The notes beneath the pieces were generated by a model, which worked only from the letters and a program-made list of their open reading frames with translations, was not told where the DNA came from and made no database searches. Of a DNA stretch of 64,000 nucleotides, positions 12,107 to 23,821 are shown piece after piece. Origin of the DNA: Tubulanus polymorphus (Eukaryota > Animalia > Nemertea); NCBI RefSeq assembly GCF_964204645.1, contig NC_134027.1:13920485-13984484 (forward strand), written 5' to 3'. Position numbers and translations under genes: made by a program. The stretch's first letter is position 1, and the number at the start of each line of letters is the position of its first letter.

Positions 12107-14111
12107 GATAAATCTGGCTGCCCCTGAAGAAATTCCTTGGTTTGAAAGCTGTCACTTGACAATGGCCAGGCGTGTAGATTCAATTGGAATTGATTTGGGT
12201 GTAACTTGAACCGTCCCTGGGACAGTAACCCGGGGTAATTGGGCAGAGTGCGAGGGAAGTCCACCAGTAGATGCAGGAGTCTGACGAACCATGTCTGAGT
12301 CGGCCAACAGGGAGCCACTAAGACCACTTGACAGTTGACTGCCCCCTCTATCTTCTCCAACACTTGATTGAGTAGGGGAGTGGGGGGAAAGGCATAAGCC
12401 AGCAGGTTGTCCCAACTCAGAGATAGAGCGTCCACCCCCCACGCCAAGTCGTCTTGAAATGGGGACACAAACACCGGACACCTCGTGTTGAAGCGAGTGG
12501 CAAACAGGTCCACGTTCGGACTTCCCATCAGGGCCCGGACTTGATTGGCTACCCTGACTGCCAATGTCCACTCGGTGGCTACTGGCTTGTCTTGGCGAGA
12601 CAAGAGCGTCGGCCACCACATTCAGGCTGCCCGCCAGGTGGGATACCGAAAGAATCATCCCTTGAGCCTGGACCCAGGTCAGAATCTGAGCTGCTAAGTT
12701 GGATAATGTTGGGGACCTGGTCCCCCCCTGGTTGAGCAAATAAGCCTTTACTGTGGAGTTGTCCGTTGACAGCCACACATGATGCCCCCTAACCTCCTTT
12801 TGAAGTGGTTGAAGGCCTTTCGAACCGCTAACAGTTCCAGGTGATTTATGTGGAGATGAGCTTCTGCTCGAGACCAGTTCCCGGCTTTCTGAAAACCTTC
12901 TACATGTGCTCCCCAGCCCTGATGGCTGGCATCCGTGAATAGATGAATTGGGGCCTTCAAAGGTGCTAGGGAGGTGCCTCTTGTCAAGTTCTGCGCGAGA
13001 GTCCACCACTCGAGGTCGGGGATTAGGTTCACCGGTGGTACCGGCAATAAGGTATCCCACTCTTCCCCTACCGATCTCCAAGCTTGCTTCCAGAATCTTT
13101 GAAGAGAACGGCTGTGTAAACGACCGAGCGGAAATACGAGTGCAACGATCTGGGCGCCCCCGTCAGGAGACCGAGAACTGCCTCCCTCAGCTTCTGAACT
13201 CTGGCCTGTGCTGGTCTGACTAAGGCCTGCGTCAGGTCGAAGTGCATACCTAGGTACGTGAACCTTTGAGAGGGGGTCAACTGGGACTTCTCTAAATTCA
13301 CTATGAAACCTAATTGACGGATCAAGGCCAGTGTCTTGTCTAAGGCTTCCTTGCACTCTGCTTTCGAATTTGCCACAACCAGCCAATCGTCCAGGTAACA
13401 GAAAATGCGAACTCCCTTCGACTGAAGGTGTTTCTGAACCCTTTTGACAAGTTTGGTGTAGACCCAAGGGGCTGAACTCAGGCCGAAGGGCAGAGACCGA
13501 AATTGGTATGTTCTTCCCCTCCAATGAACTCTTAAATACTTTCTTGAGTTCCTGTGTATTGGTACTTGTAGGTATGCATCCCTCAGATCTATGGATGCTG
13601 CCCATTGGCCTGGCTCCAGCCCCTGAATCACCTCCTTGGGTGTTGTTAGCTTGAATTTTGGGGCTATGATATAACGATTTAGAGCTGACAGATCTATTAC
13701 CGTCCTTAAGCCCCCAGATGATTTTGGGACGGTGAAAATTCTTGAATACCATCCCGGGGATCCTAGAGGGATTTCTTCCAGCGATCTTTTTAAAATCATC
13801 TCGTTGATCGCTGGCATAATGTGGGACTCCTGCCCCCAATTCGGCCTCATTTCCACCGGCTGATGAGATAGATGCGGTTTGTGAACAAATTTCAGTCGGT
13901 ATCCTTTGGAAACGATCTTTGTAGCCCAAGTGTCGCCAAATTTTTCTAGCCAGTGGGAAGAGGCGTCTTGAAGGCAAGAGCCCACTGGCCTGACATCTTC
14001 AACGGGTAACCGTGTTGGCGCGGCCACGAAAGGGTCGATTGAAGCCCCTACGTAATCTAGCCCTACCCCTTTGGGGATTGTCACTGTAAGAACTTTGAGA
14101 ATAACTGACAT
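11992..14111 (-). pseudogene. DIRS pol: reverse transcriptase, RNase H and Dam-like methyltransferase domain, split by frameshifts
   Basis: RT motifs IDLRDAY, LPFGLSSAP, YLDDWL (13068-14111); RNase H LFTDAS, HINHLEL (frame of 12748-13977) and TDNST, NVVADAL (frame of 12152-13081); MT domain VDLFATRFN...YAFPP (11992-12621). Confidence 0.9.
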
Positions 14112-15814
14112 AGTTCAAATTGTTATTGTTGTCGCTTTGAGCTCCCTTGGAGCTTGTCCAACCCGCTTTTTTGTAGCTTAATTTGCTGTTGACTTGAGAT
14201 TGATTGTATCCGGGCTGATTTGCCGGTGAGTTTCTGTAGGTAGAGTTGCCGGCGTAATAACTAGGCTTTTTTGATGTCTTCCATGACTGCCTACCGGCCT
14301 TAGCCTGAGATTCTCTGATCTTGGTGGCCTCCGCATCGGCGGATGCGCAGCATCCAGAGAAAACTTGTGAGGAATTGCCCAGCGGTGCTCTGTATAGAGC
14401 TACTTTCACCGGTTCTGGAAGTTTGGAGTCGGCCAACAAGCTATATCTATTGATCAAGGCTAGGTTAGCCTGGATCCTTATACCCAAAGGTACTTGGTGA
14501 CACAACGCCTTGGCCATAGACTGTAGAATTCTCTCTATGGTCGCCACGTGTTCGGACATTGTCTCTGGATCCGGATTATCCTGGATTAGTTGAGACTTTA
14601 CTTTTTCTAACTCGCCGTGCATGGCAACCAGTGAAATGTGTTGGAAAGACGCGATTTGACAAATGCTACGAGCTAATTGGTTCAACGCTCCCATTGCTTG
14701 TTTTGGTAAAGAGTAGGAGGGCGGTGGTTTTTTGGGTAGTCCTATCGTGGTTGACCCATCGGAGTCTAACTCAAAGTGTGGTTTGAATCCGGGATCATCA
14801 GCACCTGGTGTGGCGTAATAATAAGTCTTGTACCCCGATATGGGAGGATACAACGGAGAGAAAAATTTTGAATCCTTCATGCCTGCCTCTAATGGAGGAT
14901 AAGACCAAGTATTGTCTGTACGCTTACCACCCCACAGTGTCGTGTCCAAAGTCTCACGCCATATTTCTCTATATGCAGAATGTGGTGCTAAAACTAACTC
15001 TTCGGTGTCATCGGATGGACTGAAGATTTTGGCGGCCAACCCTCTAGGCTGGGTTGTTTAAGGTTTGGCCTTGGTACCTCCGTACCGGGAGAAAACTTCT
15101 TTTACTAAGTCCTTGAATGGAATGTCTCCCGTCTCTTCCATTGTGGATGGTGACGGAGAGCTCGATCTGTGCATGTCTCCGTCCCTGGATAGACCAGGAT
15201 CTTCTGGATCACGAGATTTTTCCTCGTCAGAAAAATCGTTGACATCATCCAACACCAACCCATCTGTTGGGTTGCAGGACAGCCCTGTTGGCACTGATGG
15301 AGGCTTGGGGCCCGGGGGTTCCTTACCTTTTAGTTGTTCCTTAAGGGAAGCGATCTCCTGCGAGAATATCGCTAGCATATTCTTGATGTCACTAGAGTCA
15401 GACGGCTTATCAGCCGGTGATCTAGAACGTGAGCGACGACGTTGTTGCTTACGAGCACGCTTGCGCCTACCGCCTGGTAGGTGACGGAGAATAGGTTCGA
15501 CTTACTCTAGAACGGGACCTAGAACGAGACCTTGACCCAGATATGGGGTCAGACGGTGAACGACGTCGTTTTTTATTAGAGCGCTGGTGCCTACGTCTAG
15601 TAGGAGACGAAGAGTCGGACCGTCTAAATCTCGATCGGGACCTGGACCTAGACACGGATCGTCCCGGATCATTGCCCTGTTTCCGAGTATCCGGGCATTC
15701 AGGTGTATCAACCTTGCCCGATGAGGACGCTGGGGTCTTAGAAGGTGTATCAACCTTGCCCAAACGTTTAAATCTCGGTCCCCTAGGGGAACTGGAGACG
15801 TCGTGATCCGACAT
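13999..15814 (-). pseudogene. DIRS gag-like ORF1 with RS-rich N-terminus; one frameshift (about 15470) and one in-frame stop (15058-15060)
   Basis: ORFs 15467-15814, 15058-15378 and 13999-15039 join into one protein upstream of, and overlapping, RT. Confidence 0.75.
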
Positions 15815-17393
15815 GTTAAAACCCTAAAATAAGCTGAAACGAAGGGTTAATTATTAATACGATTTTTAGTACAGATTATTAATTTTCGTGAATGATGAGA
15901 CGGAAATCAATTACGTTGAATGATAATTATTAAATATATAAGGTGGGAGGAGCCGCTAAGAAAACAGCACGGCGCTCCCGCGAAACCGGAAGTAGAAAAC
16001 CGGAGGCAAAATGTTGAAATGCGCATAAATTAAAAACGATCTCACCCGAAGTTCGACTTCTATTCCGAGATCAATCACTCTTATGTCTGTTTCTTATATC
16101 AATTAGAACGGATGTCCGATCCAACACGAAGAATTTTAACCAATTTACGAGCACTGCCGAAACACGTTCTCTAGAGATCAAGCGCCAAGCAAAAAGATGC
16201 TGGCGTCTCGCCAGATGGCGCTATGTTACGGCGCCCCTACCAAAAGTCGATTCGGGCGTTATCTGCCTAGCCAAAAGCAATATGGCTATAGTGTATTTTC
16301 CCAGGGAATGTATTCGCAGTAAATATACGTTGATAATTTAATTTCATCAAAACATGTTTCTAGGCCTACGGTACAATACATCAAGTAGCAGCACACCTCA
16401 AGGAGTATGAATTATTTTTTTAGAAAGCCGATCACCACAGCCATATCAGTGCGAAAATCAAGGGATATCCCAATATGACATCAGGCCGGAAAATGATTAT
16501 TATTTCACAGAATTCTATCGATTCTTTTTTTTCATTCAGAAATAAATTCATTCTTTCTTTCAATGAATTCAGGACAGGGCAACAAATTTCAGACTGACAG
16601 AGCAAGTTACAAAGCTATCTTGTGTCAATTAACAGAGAAAACTGGAAAAATGAATTGCAAGTCGAACAACAAATAAACAACTAAATTAACTAGAGGACCA
16701 AAGGTCCAGTGCTCTCAAGGTCTAGTTTTTATAATATAAATGAAAACATATTACATTGTTTATTCTACTACTCAGTTATGCCGATCTGTTCACTTTAACA
16801 AGTGCCCTAGCACTACAGTGAGACTAAAGCCTCAGAGAGTGGAAGGCAGGAACAAATACGTCAAATCAATTTGTTATCCCTAGAATTATGGTGAGATATG
16901 GCCTAATACTAATAGAGTCGGTTATAGTTCAAAAAGATTGACAGATACAACAGCCTTCCCGAGAATTTTCATGATCAACGTGTATCACTTTCAAAGACTT
17001 TTTTTATAATTATTGGACCGATGATAACTTAAATGAAAATCTATACAAATTTTATTCCACTCAAAAAATTTATTTCACTCATTTTACTGTATGAAAACAC
17101 GCGTATTCATCCCGCACCTGCCAATATGAGCATATGCTGTCACTGTAATGTGTGCCAGTGTCAGACACTATTGATCTGCCAGCGCGCGCTTGCCTCGCGT
17201 ACACTGATAGCTCTACGCTAACCGGTGTTATGCCATACGTCTGCAGTAATTGAATAAACGCACACCACAGTCATACAACTCGATAATTTTGGTCGAATTT
17301 ACTTTTCAAATTTAAAGACTCCCACTGACTTTTCCAGCAAAAAACTAGGGATTTAAGACCACGACCCACCCTTGGTGCTCGTTTTCCATAATG

Positions 17394-17608
17394 CAGGGAT
17401 GAAAACGGTCCATGTTGAAAAAGTCGGAAAATATTCCGAATTAGAGCAGCTTTTCAAATGAGACGCCATATTGGTTTCCTGACTCCACACTTGTGCTAAC
17501 TACCGTTAAAAATCGTTTCTAAGGAGCGCTCCAATGTGACGTGCGAGATTTACACTGATCTCAGGAATGAAGAAAATGACAGAAATGGTTGGAAGATTTT
17601 CATCCCTG
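17394..17608. mobile_element. 215-bp MITE related to the hAT element at 3961, 6-bp TSD
   Basis: TIRs CAGGGATGAAAA and TTTTCATCCCTG; ATAATG at 17388-17393 and 17609-17614; shares the subterminal atgttgaaaa..cggaaa with the 3961 element. Confidence 0.85.
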
Positions 17609-17794
17609 ATAATGGTATAGTCCACACGGTGAATATGAAAGCTAAAAGTCTTAGCATCTTCGATACTTTCCATGAAAACTTTAATTTTCTCTAACTATAT
17701 CGCACCAGTTTTTTACCTGTGTCTTAATCAACAATCAGAGACAAAAAATGCAATAGCCCTAAGTTGCTGTATAGCTAGTTTAGATTTTACTCAC

Positions 17795-17827
17795 CAGAAA
17801 AACTAGAGATCCATCCAAACCCAAGAG
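17795..17827 (-). CDS. MARCHF6: MARCHF6 33-nt exon: LLGLDGSLVFL
   Basis: tttttag|CTC...CTG|gtgagt, phase 0 to 0; matches the conserved (M/L)LGLDGSLVFL motif. Confidence 0.95.
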
Positions 17828-17920
17828 CTAAAAAATAATGAAAACATGAAGGAACATCAGTGGTGGATTTACGGAGAGGACTGGGGCACGTGTCCCCCTC
17901 CCACTAAAAATGTCAGTAAA

Positions 17921-19406
17921 ACTAGCGGTCCAGGGACACCATGCCCACTTGGGAAGTGGTTTCAAATGCTCAACAATCTAACGCTTTCAATATTCAACGC
18001 CCCCTGGTGACCATATACAAAAATCAATGACCTTGAAACTCACCACAATCCCATCCTCCCCGGCAGGGATTCGAACCTGATGGCATCGAGATTGCCACGG
18101 CACGAAACCCTGCCATAATCGACCGTGTGCACAGATACATGCGCAGTTCAGATGATGTGATTTTTAGTCAATCAGATATCCCGTTTTATTTTAGTCCGGG
18201 TTTTCCCATTTATAGTTCTTCCTTGAAATTTGCCTCAACGATTATACAACGAGCAATCTGATTGGTGCCGCCAGTTTTTGTTCGGAAAGCTGCGCATGTA
18301 CCTGCGCACCCGGTCTACTGATGCAGGGGTTCGTGCCGTGGCTGAGTGTAGCGATGCCATCAGGTTCGAGTCCCTGCAGAGGGAGGATGCCACAATCATA
18401 GAATATGTCAGCAGCTATGATATTTTATTTGATTGTGATAGCAAGTTATTCTACTATTCAATGCCCCCTGGTGACCATATGCAAAACCCAATGACCTTGA
18501 AACTCAGCACAATCATGGACCATGTCATGGACTACAACTTTGCAATCGATCATGGTAACAAAAATATGCCTAGGTACCAATCTAATAAGGAAATACTAAG
18601 CTAACTAACGCCCCCTGGTGACCACATAGAACAACTAATGTCCTGAAAACTCACCACAATCATAGACGAAGTCATGAGCTTCAACTTTGCAATTGATTGT
18701 GGTAACAAAATATGCATAGGTATGAACATAATATAGAAATACTAAGTTATTGTATTATTCATCGCCTCCTGGTGGCCATATACAAAAACCAATGACCTTG
18801 AAACTCACCAAAATCATAAAAAACATTATGGGCTGCAACTAACCAATTGATTGTAGTAACACAATATGCTTAGGTATTAATATAATGTTGTAAAACTTTT
18901 TCCCACCTACCAATGAGTACTGATGACACCAAGATGGCTGCCAATAGCGTCATAATTGGCTGATCAAAAATACCTGTCTCAAAATTGCAATGAGGTATGG
19001 CAAACCAGTAGGAAGCTACAGGACCCAGAATTCTGGCCAAAATTGACATTTCAGGGCACTAAAAAGGTCATAGGACGACCATCTTGAGTCTGATCGACCC
19101 AATTTGTCTTATGCTGATGGGCCCTTGGGGGATTGAAGTATGTAAAAAAGATCAAGGTAATTAATCAAAGCGTCTTCAAAAACTTCAAAAATGTGTAAAA
19201 AGTGCCGATTTTGGCAAACAACAATGGCTGCCAGTCAGCTATCTTGATTCTGACAACATGATACATGTGTAACCCAAATATCAAGACATAACATTGAAGC
19301 GTCTTCAAAATTTCCCAAAATAACTGGATTCCATCTACGGACGGACGGACGATGGACGAAAAGTGAACGCAATAGCCCGCTGGGACGAAAGTCCCAAGTG
19401 GGCTAA
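17921..19406 (-). mobile_element. HINE family 1, full-length, four 154-bp monomers, interrupted by a MITE
   Basis: ACTAG end, sub-TIR pair cccacttggga and tcccaagtggg, (GGAC)n microsatellite, terminal hairpin. Confidence 0.88.
18052..18389. mobile_element. MITE with CATCCTC termini inserted in a HINE monomer
   Basis: TIRs of about 37 bp, catcctccc..gcagggattcgaacctgatggcatcg and cgatgccatcaggttcgagtccctgc...gggaggatg; CCACAATC duplicated at 18043-18050 and 18390-18397. Confidence 0.8.
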
Positions 19407-19419
19407 TAAAAACAAGTCT

Positions 19420-19655
19420 CGATCGAACAATATACTTTTTGTTCGAACGAAAAACTTTTGGTCCCGACAAAAAACAAATTGTTGAGCGAAAACAATCTTG
19501 TTCAAACAAATTTTTCAACAAAAAATTTTCTTCCGAGAAAGAAAATTTTGTACGATTGAACAATTTTCTTTTTGTTCGAACAAGAAAACTTTCCGTTCTG
19601 ACAAAACAATTTGTTGAGCGAAAACAATTTTGATCGTACGAAAAGATGTTCAAAC
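19420..19655. repeat. Degenerate tandem repeat rich in gttcgaacgaaa motifs; related copy at about 26655-26985
   Basis: Recurrent ttgttcgaac and ttgttgagcgaaaaca words at both loci. Confidence 0.55.
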
Positions 19656-22491
19656 GAATAAGATCTTATCATCTGGGGCTCCAAAGTAACGTAAGTCATC
19701 AGGAATTAATAAAATATCTGTTTTATTAATGATGAAAAAATCTCAAATGAAAGCTGGTTCATAATGAATGACGAATGCTAACAGCTTTTCAAAAACAATT
19801 CTTATTTTGGCCCACGTTAATAAAACTGAAAGGCCTACGTATTCGCGTTGGCCTAGCAACCGGACAGAGGAGACTTAGTCCTATTGCACTTTAACCCCTC
19901 TAAACATCGTATTCCTACATCTTTTTTTAACAGGGTTAGGTCTCATGGTGTATTCGATTTGTAAACGATTTCATTTTCGCACGAAGAAACAAATCTTTTG
20001 TACTACGTGTTTTAGCAATCATACCGGATTTTCTATCGCAAATTTTGCGTACAACTCAAGCGGCCTAAAAACGATCACCTATCACCCCCGTTATCAGAAC
20101 ACTGAATCCAAATATCAAGTGTTAGTCCAGCTTACGGATAATATGTTTTATGCAGGTATTTAGTTAATATCCTGTGGATTTGGAAAAGATTGGTATGCAC
20201 TGTACAAAAAATAGAATATTGATAATGGATGAAGACCGCGGCCAAATCTCTGTAGTAATAAATTCATTTATATTGTAAATATCCGTAAATATCCGGTAAA
20301 TGAAAATACGATATTGTAAAGCTAACCGTTTTAAGCCCGCGGGCAAATCACTGGGAGTTATAAATTCATTTGTACTTGATTTGATTCTCATGGCGAGGAG
20401 AACTTGCAGCGGATCCATGGAACGATGCGATTCATCGATCTTTACAGATCGACAGTGCTTATGATATTTGTAGTAGTAAATATCCTGTGGATCGGTAAAG
20501 TGTAATGATGAAGAAAATGGATAATTGTTAAAATCACTGTTTGAGAACAGCGGCTGAATGTGAAGACTTGCTGCAATAAATTATTGTAAAAAATTGTTTA
20601 TTTATACTCGACTTGATAATCGAAGTGACAAGCAGCGGCAGTGGATTTCGGAATGACAACTCTGGAAAACATGTCGCCTCATTGAATGAGGCTCAATTCT
20701 TGATGTTTACGGCCCAACAGTGCTTTAGTAACGTTGATTCATCAAAATGCGCACGGAGTATTTGTAGATCGAAGCGAGCTGAAGGATATCATACGGATTG
20801 TATCGGCAACAATGGCAAGGTAACAAAGCCTATGTTTTTTAAGTAAAAATAGTGTGGAATAAAATAATAGTAATAAATATAGCTGCAAAGCGGTGATAAC
20901 GGGTTTCTGCCTTGCTGGATACAATGTCGCACAAGGGCGCGTTTCACCGAAATCAGTTTATAACAATCGCAATTTTAAAGGAGTCAGACCTAGGGGTCAG
21001 CACATCCAGCCTTTTCATGAAATGGCAAATGATGAGATTCTGTTGGTTAAATTTCTCCAAATACACTCCCAGTTCATAGACTAGTCAATCATAGGCTAAG
21101 ATTAATTTACACAATTCAATTTGTTTTCATATTTAGCACAAACAGTGACTGGAGCTTGCAGGAACAAATACCTCAGATAAATCTTTGCCCTTGGTCTTAT
21201 TGATTTGAATGTGGGATAGAATTGAATTATTGAAATTTGCTCAATAAAACAAAATTGAATTGTATTTGCTGTTTTACGTTGTTCATTAAAGTAAAATTGA
21301 ATTGGACTTGATATTTATTTTGCAGAATAAAATTTGATTGAATTTGCAGTTTGAGCACATGGCTAATTAGCATATCGAGGTCATCTATCCGATTTGAGAA
21401 AAAGCTATTTTTCCCGGACTTCGATTATTGTCAATGATATATTCGGTAGTGCAAATAAAAATATTCCTCTGAAAAACCAAATCAACTAAAGATGTCACAG
21501 AAATCGATATTGAAATTTCCATTTTAGATCTTAAAATAAAACCTGGAAGTAAAACGGTAGACGATACCGCGGGTTCGCGTGAACACCTGTTGATCTCTGC
21601 GGCTAAGCCATTCATAGAGAGGAGTCTTTGCTTTCTGATTGGCTTTTACAAAGAGACATTTCTGCGATCAGATTTTGGCGAAAAAGCTCATATATATTTT
21701 AACGAGGCCCCCTTTCAAAATTTCTTCATAGGGTTTGGAGAATGGATAATGTTCTAATGAATGATTTGTATGAATATATGCTCAGTTGCACAGTTAAAGA
21801 GCCTTTACTCTGGAAACCATGTCATTCAAATTCACTCAATTTGTATAGTAATAGGCGTAGACGTATATAAAAATTAGCGTAGTGTTCTTTTATCTTTTCA
21901 GATTTGTGCTAACAAGATTTTCAAGATGGCCCTGATGATAATAATTAAACGTTGATTACCTACAATAGGGGTGAATATCATATCTGCCCTAATCCTCACA
22001 CTTAGATTCACGAAAAATCCATCAAGAATTGTAGGTTGTATCGGCCATATCTATGGCCGATAACCTTCATCTAAATAGTGGTGGACATCTGACCTGCCCT
22101 AATCCTTACACTAAGTTTGAGAAAATTCCAGCCCTAGAATTGTAGGCTGTATCACACTAACGAGGTCTCAAGTATGTGCTTTTCAGCCATGACACATACA
22201 CCCCAATGAATTTGGCGTTTAATTGATTAAAATGATATGAAACAAATTACAGAAGTGACATGCTGGGTGTCCTATTCGCCTACAAAACTAGAGCCCCTAC
22301 AGAGCTTCTGTCTTTTAAGACCCAATTCAGTTCAATATATCAACTGGCATAGATGAAGAATTTTTGTTAGCATTAAATTATTTCAAATGATGGTACATTG
22401 TTCTTGAAAAAATCTCCATGGTTAAATGTCCATGGCTTTTTAAACATTTAAATCAGTATGACATTAAGTTATTGCTTCATAGTATACCTAC

Positions 22492-22553
22492 TCGTTCCCA
22501 AGTTAATTCTTCAGCTGCTCTATCCCATTCAATAGGATTCCAATTATTTTCAT
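22492..22553 (-). CDS. MARCHF6: MARCHF6 exon: (D)ENNWNPIEWDRAAEELTWER
   Basis: ttctag|AT GAA...CGA|gtaggt, 62 nt, phase 1 to 0; hallmark EWDRAAEELTWER motif. Confidence 0.96.
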
Positions 22554-22724
22554 CTAGAATGAATAAAAGATGTCAATAGCTAATAGTCAGACAAAATTTT
22601 TCTAATTAAAAAACAGGTCCAAAATAATTGAACTACAAAATAATCTCTGCAATTTTCATTACATGAAAAACAAAACAGATATCAAGGTGACCATAGGAAG
22701 AGAATTCCAAGATTGCAGCATATA

Positions 22725-23490
22725 ACTTGGGGTCCAGGGACACCATGCCCACTTGGAAGTGGTTTCAAATGCTCAACAATCTAACAATTTCAATATTCAA
22801 TACCCCATCCAATGACCTTGAAACTCACCACAATCATAGAACATGTCAGCAGCTACGAGTTTGTAATTGATTGTGGTAACAAAATAAGCCTAGGTACCAA
22901 TAAAATAAGGAAACACTAAGTTACTCTTCTATTCAACGCCCCTGGTGACCATATAGAATAACTAATGACCTTGAAACTCACCACAATCATAGACCATATC
23001 ATGAGCTACAACTTTCCAATTGATTGTGGCAACAAAATATGCATAGTTACGAATATAATTTAGAAATACTAAATTATTATATTGTTCAACGCCCCCGGTG
23101 GCCAAATACAAAAACCAATGACCTTGAAACTCAATACAATCATAGAACATGTCATGAGCAACAACTTTCCAATTGATTGTGGTAACACAATATGCTTTGG
23201 GTATCAATATAATGTGGAAAAACTTTTTTCCACCTACGAATGAGTACTGATGACACCAAGTTGGCCGCCAATTGCGTCACAATTGGCTGATCAAAAATAC
23301 CTGTCTCAGGTATAAAAGATTCCTTTCCAAAGAATACCCCTCACAAATTCCAATGAAAAATGGCAAACCATTATGAAGCAACAGGACTCAGAATTCAGGC
23401 AAAAATTGACATTTTTGGGCACACAGGAAAGCTATCTTGAGTCCGATCGACCCAATTTTTCTCATGCTGATGGGCCTTTGAGGGATACGA
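22725..23490 (-). mobile_element. HINE family 1, truncated copy with three monomers
   Basis: acttggggtccagggacaccatgcccacttgga end followed by 154-bp-type monomers. Confidence 0.82.
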
Positions 23491-23706
23491 ATATATACAT
23501 GAATAAAGCTAAATGGCTAAAGTCCATAATAAATTAATAAATAAGCAACGCATGCCGATGAATTTTAATGGGGTTAGAGATCTATTTACAGTTTTGAGGA
23601 GAAACTAAGCTTCATTCGAAAGTTATTTTGTACCAAAGGAAGAAAGTTACATATGCGATAGCAAAATGGAGTTCGCTAATGCGAAAGTCCATAAAAACAT
23701 ATTTAC

Positions 23707-23821
23707 CATGAGGTACTTGATTACCATTATTTTGAGCTGCATGTACCTGTTCCTCAGCTTGATTATTTGGATTTTCAACCACTAATCCCTCATCAGCATT
23801 CCCATTTTCCACAGGCACGGC
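23707..23821 (-). CDS. MARCHF6: MARCHF6 low-complexity linker exon: AVPVENGNADEGLVVENPNNQAEEQVHAAQNNGNQVPH
   Basis: ttttgtag|GCC...CATG|gtaaat, 115 nt, phase 0 to 1, which exactly bridges the flanking exons; composition resembles the acidic N/Q-rich MARCH6 linker. Confidence 0.8.

Larger units (their letters stand above)
10239..16326 (-). mobile_element. Full-length DIRS1-type tyrosine-recombinase retrotransposon
   Basis: Inverted terminal repeats (about 10239-10400 and 16190-16326), an internal complementary region at about 10450-10547, gag, RT-RNaseH-MT and YR coding regions; AATAT at both ends and no classical TSD. Confidence 0.95.

Noticed and set aside
11051-12621. Integrase plus Dam-like methylase read as a prophage or bacterial contamination
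   Set aside because: Both lie within a DIRS element with RT, RNase H, ITRs and an ICR, inside an intron of a eukaryotic gene.
15065-15806. Plus-strand ORFs of 139 and 87 aa
   Set aside because: Antisense shadows of the low-complexity DIRS gag region.
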